From Candidatus Methylomirabilia bacterium (GTDB lineage: Bacteria; Methylomirabilota; Methylomirabilia; Rokubacteriales; CSP1-6): a stretch of DNA of 18,297 nucleotides. The stretch covers positions 1 through 18,297 of the forward strand of contig JBGQHJ010000099.1 in NCBI GenBank assembly GCA_041497895.1, given 5' to 3'. The position numbers were made by a program, and so were the translations under genes. The notes under the pieces were generated by a model. It did not search any database. It saw only the letters and a list, made by a program, of their open reading frames with translations, and was not told where the DNA came from. Shown piece after piece: positions 1 to 8,447 of the stretch (positions are counted from its first letter, which is position 1; each line of letters begins with the position of its first letter).

Positions 1-723
1 AAGACCGCGCGGCTCCCCGGATTCCTCGAGCAGTGCGAGGCCCTCGTGAAGGCGGCGCCCCCCGCGGCCACCGGCGCGGTGGCGGTGGGGCCGTGGACGA
101 TCGCGATGCTGCTGCGCAACCCGGAGATGATGCTGCTCGACACCTTCGAGGACCCGCAGTTCATTCACGACCTCATGCGGCTGACCACCGACTTCTGCAA
201 GCTCTGGGGCGACGCGATCGTGAAGACCAAGATCGGCCTCTCCTACTCGGAGCCCACCGCCTCGATCAGCCTCGTCTCCCCGGACAACTACCGGGAGTTC
301 ATTGCGCCCTACCACAAGGAGCTGGTGGACCACTTCAAGGCCAAGAAGGTGGGCGTCACCACCCACATCTGCGGCGTCACCTACCCGATCTTCGAGGACC
401 TGATCGGCTGCGGCTTCACCACCGTCTCGTTCGATCTGGACCAGCAGTCGGACCCGACCCTGCACGTGGACCAGCTCGAGCGGTTCGTGCAGGTGGCCAA
501 GGGCCGGGCGGTGGCGATCGGCAACGTCGACGCGACCATGTTCGAGAAAGCCACCAGGCAGCAGATCGACGGAGAGGTGCGGCGCTGCATCGACACCGCG
601 GCCCGGCACTCCGGCTTCATCCTGTCCACCTCATGTGAGATCCCGCCGCGGTCGAGCCCCGAGATCGTGAAGTGGTTCATGGACGCGGCCCACGACTACG
701 GCCGCTACGAGCGGGTATTGTAG
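1..723 (+). CDS. Uroporphyrinogen decarboxylase-fold / MtaA-CmuA family methylcobamide:thiol methyltransferase (5'-truncated by window)
   Basis: Frame 1 is open from base 1 (KTARLPGFLEQCEALVKAAPP...) to TAG 721-723. Motifs GPWT, SEPTAS..SPDNYREF, HICG (HxC Zn ligands), IGNVD and FILSTSCEIP (third Zn Cys) are typical of the URO-D/MtaA family. Confidence 0.85.
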   Translation, partial: KTARLPGFLEQCEALVKAAPPAATGAVAVGPWTIAMLLRNPEMMLLDTFEDPQFIHDLMRLTTDFCKLWGDAIVKTKIGLSYSEPTASISLVSPDNYREFIAPYHKELVDHFKAKKVGVTTHICGVTYPIFEDLIGCGFTTVSFDLDQQSDPTLHVDQLERFVQVAKGRAVAIGNVDATMFEKATRQQIDGEVRRCIDTAARHSGFILSTSCEIPPRSSPEIVKWFMDAAHDYGRYERVL

Positions 724-795
724 TCGGAGGGGCCCCTTGATCCCATGGGGGCCCCCTCCGATGCCTCCCCCGGATTGCGCCGGCAAAGCCGGCGC
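724..795. repeat. REP-like double-hairpin intergenic element
   Basis: Imperfect inverted repeat TCGGAGGGGCCCC (724-736) / GGGGGCCCCCTCCGA (747-761), then perfect hairpin GCGCCGGC-AAA-GCCGGCGC (777-795). Confidence 0.55.
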
Positions 796-804
796 TCGAG
801 AGTG

Positions 805-849
805 GACAGACAACGGGCGCGGTGGCAATCACCGCGCCCGTTGTCTGTC
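805..849. terminator. Perfect 20-bp inverted repeat, probable bidirectional terminator between convergent genes
   Basis: GACAGACAACGGGCGCGGTG (805-824), loop GCAAT, CACCGCGCCCGTTGTCTGTC (830-849). The GC stem is followed by TTGTCTGT on both strands and lies between stops at 723 (+) and 865 (-). Confidence 0.75.
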
Positions 850-864
850 GCTTGGTCTAGGCGG

Positions 865-1245
865 CTACCAGCGGAAGGGCTTCTTGGAGGGTGGGACGCC
901 GTAGGCGCCGCGATCCCCGCCGCCGCCGCGTGGTCCGCCCGGTCCGCGCCCACCACCACGAGGCCCGCCGGGGCCGCGCCCGCCGCCCGAGCCCGGCGTA
1001 CGCGGGTTCGAGACGTTGACGGTGATCTTCCGGCCGTCGAGATCCTTACCGTTCAGCTCGGAGATGGCGCGCTGCGCTTCCTCGGCGGTGGCCATCTCGA
1101 CGAACCCGAACCCCCGGGACTGGCCCGAGAACTTGTCCGTGATCACGGAAGCCGACTCCACGGTGCCGCACTGGGCGAAGTATTCCCTCAGCGTCTCGCT
1201 GGTCGTGGAATAGGACAGACCCCCCACGTACAGTTTCGAAGCCAT
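865..1245 (-). CDS. RRM (RNP-1) RNA-binding protein with Gly/Arg-rich C-terminal tail
   Basis: 126 aa; RNP2 KLYVGGL, RNP1 RGFGFVEM, LNGKDLDGRKITV; tail with repeated GGRGPGGPRGG; SD AAGGAG upstream. Confidence 0.95.
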   Translation of the reverse strand: MASKLYVGGLSYSTTSETLREYFAQCGTVESASVITDKFSGQSRGFGFVEMATAEEAQRAISELNGKDLDGRKITVNVSNPRTPGSGGGRGPGGPRGGGRGPGGPRGGGGDRGAYGVPPSKKPFRW

Positions 1246-1350
1246 AGTGGTTTCTCCTTCCGGTCACTCTTCCGCTTCGTACGCGCCCCAATACTCGGAA
1301 GAGCCAATATCGGAGGCGAGGGCGCCGCCGGCGGCGGCGCATCGGTCCAG

Positions 1351-1356
1351 AGTGTA
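1351..1356 (-). promoter_or_regulatory. Candidate sigma70-type -10 box for the RNA-binding protein gene
   Basis: TACACT on the minus strand about 105 nt upstream of ATG 1245, within palindrome GTGTACAC. No convincing -35. Confidence 0.4.
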
Positions 1357-1389
1357 CACCAGGACCTCTGCCTCCGCCACGGCGGTCCC

Positions 1390-1608
1390 TCAGTAGGTCA
1401 GCATCAGACCGTTGCCGCGATCGATCGGCCCCATCTCCGGCTCGGCGGGGCCGGCCGGGCGCGCCGATCGCGTGTCGAAGATGACGCGGCCGAGCTCCGC
1501 GCGCGGCGACGTGCGATGAACGGACTCGCCGGTGAAGGTGAGCAGCCCGATCAGGCAGGCCGCGATGGTCAACGTCAGGACTCCGAACACCCAGCGCTTG
1601 CCCATCAT
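1390..1608 (-). CDS. Small hypothetical protein with N-terminal transmembrane/signal helix
   Basis: 72 aa from ATG 1608 (MMGKRWVFGVLTLTIAACLIGLLTFTG...). Starts 10 nt after the stop of the upstream receiver-like gene, with AGGA SD-like sequence overlapping that stop. Confidence 0.6.
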   Translation of the reverse strand: MMGKRWVFGVLTLTIAACLIGLLTFTGESVHRTSPRAELGRVIFDTRSARPAGPAEPEMGPIDRGNGLMLTY

Positions 1609-1618
1609 GGCTCGCGTC

Positions 1619-2026
1619 CTACCGGCACAGCGTCTCGACCTGCGCCCGCGCACCACCGCGCGCCGGCGCGGCCTTGGCCGGCCGCTCGATCTTGGCGAGC
1701 AGATCGCGTAGGGCGAAGGGACGACTCACCACGTGAAACCCCTTCAGCTCGAGATCCACCCGATCCTCCACCCGCGTGCCCGCATCCACCGCGAGCACCA
1801 CCGGCACCCCCGGCGCCACCGCGTCGAACAGGCGCGTCTGATCCGGACCGGCCATCCGCAGCGTCCCGGCCTCGGCCAGCACCAGGGACACCGGCGCATC
1901 CATCATGTAGCGCACGCCCTCGCACAGCGACTCCGCCATGCGCACGGCGACGCCGTGCTCGAGACACTCCATGGCCAGGTCCTGCGCCCGGCTGCGATTC
2001 CCGTCGATCGTCAATACCCGAATCAT
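1619..2026 (-). CDS. Stand-alone atypical (aspartate-less) response regulator receiver domain protein
   Basis: 135 aa with CheY-like pattern (IRVLTID...GVAVRMAES..EGV...VSLVLAE...PGVPVVL...GFHVVSRPFALRDLLAKI). The phosphoacceptor position is E and the conserved KP reads RP; strong SD AAGGGGGAG. Confidence 0.75.
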   Translation of the reverse strand: MIRVLTIDGNRSRAQDLAMECLEHGVAVRMAESLCEGVRYMMDAPVSLVLAEAGTLRMAGPDQTRLFDAVAPGVPVVLAVDAGTRVEDRVDLELKGFHVVSRPFALRDLLAKIERPAKAAPARGGARAQVETLCR

Positions 2027-2067
2027 GTCTCCCCCTTAGTGAATACGATTCGAACCGGCTCGTTAGA

Positions 2068-2084
2068 TTCAATGGACGTGCCAG
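2068..2084 (-). promoter_or_regulatory. Candidate sigma54 (-24/-12) promoter
   Basis: Minus strand CTGGCAC-GTCCA-TTGAA versus consensus TGGCAC-N5-TTGCW: exact spacing, one mismatch at -12. Lies in an AT-rich patch about 40 nt upstream of ATG 2026. Confidence 0.6.
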
Positions 2085-2258
2085 GAGAATCGCTCAAGTA
2101 AAGCTTCGTATTCGCGGGACTTTGGCGCGGGCGCCCGGTGAGCCGGCGACAGCCTCCGGGCGTTCTGCCCGATCGAAGATGACAGTTTCCGGCGCGCGGG
2201 CTCTGGCTTTCCTCCCGGCGACACGAAGGCGTCGGCCCGGATGAGTACACTCCTCGGC

Positions 2259-2648
2259 ATGGGACCCATGCTCGTCCGGTTCGCGCGCGCCCTGCGGCGA
2301 CGATGCCCGCACTGCGGCGCGGGGCCCGTCACGGTACGGTGGTTCGCGCTGCGGCCCGTGTGCGCCCGCTGCGGTCTGCGCCTCGATCGCGGCGAGCAGG
2401 ACTACTTCCTCGGCGCGATCGTCTTCAACATGGCGTTCGCGGAGGGGCTCTTCGCGGTGGGCCTGATCGGGGTGCTGCTGTGGACGTATCCGAGCCCGCC
2501 GTGGGACAGCCTCTACTACGGGGGCATCGCGGGTATGATCCTCGCCCCGATACTCTTCTATCCGTTCTCGAAGCTCTGCTGGCTCGCCTTCGATCTCGCG
2601 TTCCGGCCCCCACGTCCGGAGGACTTCGAGCCGCCGCCGGCGCCGTGA
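2259..2648 (+). CDS. DUF983-like Zn-ribbon membrane protein
   Basis: RCPHCG...CARCG followed by two hydrophobic helices and PFSKLCWLAFD. Start uncertain (2241/2259/2268); 2259 is favoured by TACACT -10 box 7 nt upstream. Confidence 0.75.
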   Translation: MGPMLVRFARALRRRCPHCGAGPVTVRWFALRPVCARCGLRLDRGEQDYFLGAIVFNMAFAEGLFAVGLIGVLLWTYPSPPWDSLYYGGIAGMILAPILFYPFSKLCWLAFDLAFRPPRPEDFEPPPAP

Positions 2649-2657
2649 CCGCCGCGC

Positions 2658-4000
<1,343 letters not shown>

Positions 4001-4004
<4 letters not shown>

Positions 4005-7000
4005 GGCCTGGGCGCCTCGCGGGGCCGGAGCGGCAGGATGATCCGGAAGGTGGTGCCCGCGCCCACGCGCGTGTCCACCTCGATCCGGCCCTCGTGGTCG
4101 GCCACGATCCCCTGGGCGATGGCCAGCCCGAGCCCGGTGCCCTGCCCCGGCGGCTTGGTGGTGAAGAATGGATCGAACACCCGCGGAAGGACGTGCTCGG
4201 GAATGCCGGGGCCCTGGTCCTCGAAGCCGATCTCCACCTCGCGCGCATTGCGCCGTCGAGTCGTCACGGTCAGCGTGCCCTTTCCGTCCATCGCGTCGAG
4301 CGCATTGCTCGCGAGCCCGAGGAAGACCTGGCGGAGCTGCCCCTCGTTGGCCACCACGTCGGGCAGCTCGGCGTCCAGTCGCCGGTCGAGCCGGCTCTGG
4401 GCGTAGCGCGACTGGTGGCCGATCAGCTCCAGCACCTTGTCGACCAGCACGTTCAGATCGGTGGGCGCCCGCCGGCTGCCGGGATCCCGCACGAAGTGGA
4501 GCAGGCTCCCGGTGATCTCCTTGCACCGGTAGGACTCCTCCTCGATCAGCGAGAGGTAGGCGGGGAAGTCCTTGAACGCGTCCAGATCTCGCAGATGCGG
4601 ATCCTGGGCCCGCTCCCGGAGTGCCTCCGCGCAGCCCGCGATGGTGGCGAGCGGATTGTTCAGCTCGTGGGCCACCCCCGCGGCCAGTCGGCCCGCGGTG
4701 GTGAGCCGCTCGGTCAGCAGCATCTGCCGCTCCAGGCGCTTCTGCAGCGTGATGTCCTCCACCAGCACCAGGACGTGGGTGGCCTGCGGAGCCCGCAGCG
4801 GCGTGGCGGTCAGGCGCACGGTGAGGGTCTCGCCACCCGCGGGCAGATCCTGCTCGGCGTGCCGCACCTCGCGCGCCGCGACGACGCCCTCCAGGAACGT
4901 TCGCACCGCCCCCACCTTGGCCGGCGGCATCAGCTCCGCGAACGGCCGCCGCGCGGTGGGCCCGACCGGCACCAGGGCCGCCCCCTCCCGGTTCGCGCTG
5001 ATCACACGCAGCTCCGCGTCGAGCACGAAGAGGCCCAAGGGCAACGTCTCCAGCACGACCTCCACGAAGCGCTTCTGCTCGTCGAGCTCGTGGGTGCGCG
5101 CCTCCACCATGGCCTCGAGCCGCTCGGAGTAGGTGCGCACCGAGCTGAAGAGGCGCGCGTGCTCGAGCGCCATCGCGGCCTGGTCCGCGAAGGCCGACAC
5201 CAGCGACTCCTCCTCCGCGGTGAAGTGGTGGACGTCGGTGCGCAGGACCGTGAGGGCCCCGATGGCCTGGTCGCCCACGATGAGCGGGGCGGCCAGCATG
5301 GAGCGGAGGCCCGACTGCGGGTAGCGCACGCGAGGATCGCGGTAGAGATCGGTGGTCTGGGTGGGCCGCCGCTCCTTCACCGCGGCCCCGGTGATGCCCT
5401 CGCCCACCCGCAGGCGGATCGCGGGGAGGTCCTCGGCGGGCAGGTCGAGGCTGGCGGTCGCGATCAGCTCGCCGCTCGCCGCGTCGAGCGTGAAGAGCCC
5501 GCACGACTGCACCTCCAGCACCGCGCGCGCCTGGTTCAGGATGAGCCGCACCGTCTCGCCCACGTCGAGGCTCTGGTTCACCGCGTGCCCGGCGCGCAGC
5601 AGGGCCTGCGTCTCGCGGGTTCGCCGCTGGGCCTCCTCGAAGAGGCGCGCGTTCTGGATCGCGATGCCGGCCTGGTCCGCGAAACTCTCGAGCAGGATCT
5701 GCTGGCGGTTGCCGAAGGCCCCGGGTGCGGTGGAGAACGCGGAGATCACCCCGATGATCTGGCCCCCCACCCGCAGCGGCACGCTCAGGAGGGAGCGGAT
5801 CCCTTCCTTCTCGTCGACGTCACGGCGGGCCGAGCGCGCGTCCTGGCGCAGCTCGTCCGAGCGCACCGCGCGGCCGGAGGAGGCGGCCAGCCCGATGATC
5901 CCCTCCCCGACCCGGACCGAGAGGTTACGCCACTCCAGGGTGCGGAAGCCGTGCGCGGCCGCGTGCTCGATCAGGGTCCGGTCCGGGCTCAGCAGGCCGA
6001 TGCCGCAGCCGGTGCTGCCCATGAGCGCGGTGGCCGAGCGGCTGATCGTCTCGAGCACCGAGGGCAGGTCGAGCCGGGCGGTGATCAGCTGGCTCGTGCG
6101 ATTGAGCGCGGCCAGCTCTTCCGCGCGCTGCGCCGACTCCGCGTGCAGGCGCGAGTGCTCGATGGCCGAGGCGAGCGGCCGGGCCACGTCGGTGAGCACC
6201 TCGACGTCGGCGTCGGTGAAGGCGCGGGGCTCCCGGTGGGTGACGTTCAGCGTGCCGATCACCTGCCCCTGCGACACGAGGGGGGCCAGGATGGCCGAGC
6301 GGAATCCGCGCCGCGAGAGCAGCTCGCGGCTCACCGCCGGGATGGACGGATCCGCGGTGGCGTCGTCGATCCGGCGGGCCGCCTGCTGGCTCGCGACCCA
6401 CGCGGTCAGGGTGCCCGCGGTGATCATCCGGAAGTCGAAGACCTCCGGCAGCGCGGTGCGCGCGGCCACGTCGAGCACGCGGAACTCGCCACGCTCCCGA
6501 TCGAGCAGGGTCACCCCGAGCGCGTCGAACCGGATGAGCCGGCCCACCACCTCCGCGACCTTCTCGTAGATGCGCTGTAGCGAGAGCGTCGTCGCGGTGA
6601 GGGCGGTGACCTGGTTGATGACCTCGAGCCGGATCGTGCGCTGGTGCAGGCGCCAGACGTGCTCGAGGGCGTGGCCGAACTCGCGCGGGAAGCTCGGGGG
6701 CAGCGTCTCCCGCGTGAGGCCGCGCGCCCCGCCCGGTCCGAGCAGCACCAGACCGCCCATCGGCCGGGCCTGGTCGCCCAGAGACGCGGCGAGCACCACC
6801 AGGTCCCGGTCCTTCGCGCCGGGTGGCATCTCCGACGGCTTCTCGAGCCGCGTGCCCCGTCCCTGGATCTCCAGGCGCGCCCGGAGCCACCGATCGAGCG
6901 CCGAGCCCCGCCGCGCGCCCACCACGACGTCGACCGGGACGCCGTCGCGCGGGCGAAAGCGCATCGCGCCCGCCCGGGCCCCGGAGAGCGCGGCCAGCCG

Positions 7001-7087
7001 CTTCAGCGTCTGGGCAAAGCCCGCCTCCGAGGAGACCGCGCCCCCCAGGGTGGCCAGCAGGTCGGGAAAGAGCCGCCCGATCTTCAT
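4001..7087 (-). CDS. Cytoplasmic sensor histidine kinase with tandem GAF domains and PAS domain (NtrB-like transmitter)
   Basis: 1028 aa from ATG 7087. Three clear GAF repeats (APLVSQGQVIGTL, VPLRVGGQIIGVI, APLIVGDQAIGAL) plus a degenerate N-terminal one; PAS (VLETLPLGLFVLD...VEDIT); H-box AHELNNPL; NALDAM, DQGPGI, FDPFFTTK, GTGLGL. No TM helix seen. Confidence 0.95.
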
Positions 7088-7097
7088 GGGTCCGGTC

Positions 7098-8444
7098 TCA
7101 GAGCGGCGGCGCCGCGTCGAACCCGATCGCGCGCTCACACCAGGCCGACGCCGCGAGCAGCCGCGATTCGCCCCAGGACGCGCCGATGAGCTGCACCGCG
7201 AGCGGGAGCCCGCCCGGGTCCACCCCGGTCGGCAGCGAGATCGCGGGAAGCCCCGCGAAGGTGAACGGCGCGCAGAAACCCGGGTCGCCGGTGGACGCGA
7301 GCCCGCGGGGCGCGGGGGCGCCGATGGTGGGCGCGAGGAGCACGTCGTGGCGCCGCGCCACCGCGTTCAGGTCGTCGGCCGCGCTCCGGCGGGCATCCTG
7401 GGCCGCGAGGTACTCCGGCGCGGACACCGCGCGCCCGCGCTCGATCAGCTCCTTGATGCGCGGCGGGTACTCCGCCGCGTGGGCCGCGTAGAGCGGCGCG
7501 TGGGCGTGGGCGGCCTCGACGGCCAGGACCGTCTCGCCCGCCTCGCGCAGCGACGGGAAGGAACCGGGCAGCTCCACGTCGACGAGCCGGGCCCCCGCCC
7601 CCTCGAGACCGCGCAGGATCGCCTCCAGGTGCTTCGTCATCTCCGGGGTCACACGGGCCACCAGCGACGCGAGCACGCCGATCCGGGGAGGCGCGGGCGC
7701 GGCGAGCGCGGCCAGGTAGTCGTCGGGGGGCACCGGGCTCGAGCGCGGGTCGGCGGGATCCGCTCCGGCCAGCAGGGACAGGACGAGGGCGCAGTCCTCG
7801 ACCCGGCGAGCGAAGACCCCGACGTGGTCGAGGCTCGCGGCCAGGGCCAGCACGCCCGCCGCGCTGATCCGCCCGTGGGTGGGCTTGAAGCCGACCACGC
7901 CGCAGTAGGCGGCCGGCCGCAGCACCGAGCCCACCGTCTGCGACCCGAGGGCGAGCGGCACCATGCGCGCGGCCACCGCGGCCGCGGGGCCGCTCGAGGA
8001 TCCGCCGGGGGTGTGCTCGGGATTCCACGGGTTGCGGGTGGCGCTCGGGTCGAGGAACGCGAAGGGCGTGGTGGCGAGCTTGCCCATCGGCACCGCCCCG
8101 GCGCCGCGCAGCCGGGCGACCGAGGTCGCGTCGAGCGTCGCGGTACGGGTGGCCCACGCGGGCGCGCCGGAGGTGGTGGGCACCCCTGCCGCGTCGAAGA
8201 TGTCCTTCAGCGCGACCGGCACCCCGTGGAGCGGCCCCATGAAGCGGCCCTCGCGGGCCTCGATGTCCCGCTGCACCGCCACCCGCGCCGCGGCGTCGCG
8301 GTCGAGGCGCACCCACGCGCCCACTGTCGGCTCGACCGCTTCCACTCGCTTGAGGCACGACGCGACCAGGTTGGACGGTGAAAGTGCCCCGGCGCGGATG
8401 CGCCGCGCGGCCTCGGACGCGCCAAGCTCGTGCATGGCCGCCAT
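7098..8444 (-). CDS. Amidase signature family protein (GatA-like fold, substrate unknown)
   Basis: 448 aa; GPLHGVPVALKD, TRNPWN..HTPGGSSSG, LGSQTVGSVLRPAAYCGVVGFKPT, GLPAISLP, GLPLAVQL. Confidence 0.92.
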   Translation of the reverse strand: MAAMHELGASEAARRIRAGALSPSNLVASCLKRVEAVEPTVGAWVRLDRDAAARVAVQRDIEAREGRFMGPLHGVPVALKDIFDAAGVPTTSGAPAWATRTATLDATSVARLRGAGAVPMGKLATTPFAFLDPSATRNPWNPEHTPGGSSSGPAAAVAARMVPLALGSQTVGSVLRPAAYCGVVGFKPTHGRISAAGVLALAASLDHVGVFARRVEDCALVLSLLAGADPADPRSSPVPPDDYLAALAAPAPPRIGVLASLVARVTPEMTKHLEAILRGLEGAGARLVDVELPGSFPSLREAGETVLAVEAAHAHAPLYAAHAAEYPPRIKELIERGRAVSAPEYLAAQDARRSAADDLNAVARRHDVLLAPTIGAPAPRGLASTGDPGFCAPFTFAGLPAISLPTGVDPGGLPLAVQLIGASWGESRLLAASAWCERAIGFDAAPPL

Positions 8445-8447
8445 GGG

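Noticed and set aside
1..723. hemE assignment
   Set aside because: HICG and the C-terminal Cys point to the MtaA-like branch, and the N-terminal HemE motif is outside the window.
745..2244. 499-aa plus-strand ORF
   Set aside because: Antisense to three credible minus-strand genes and reads through hairpins; Arg/Pro/Ala-rich shadow ORF typical of high-GC DNA.
4005..5504. Apparent 500-aa N-terminal extension of the response regulator (948-aa ORF), suggesting a hybrid or fusion
   Set aside because: It is an alternative frame of the kinase with low-complexity translation; ATG 4004 overlaps the kinase stop and begins the REC domain.
7098..8444. gatA assignment
   Set aside because: No gatB/gatC adjacent and the signature variant differs from typical GatA; left as generic amidase.
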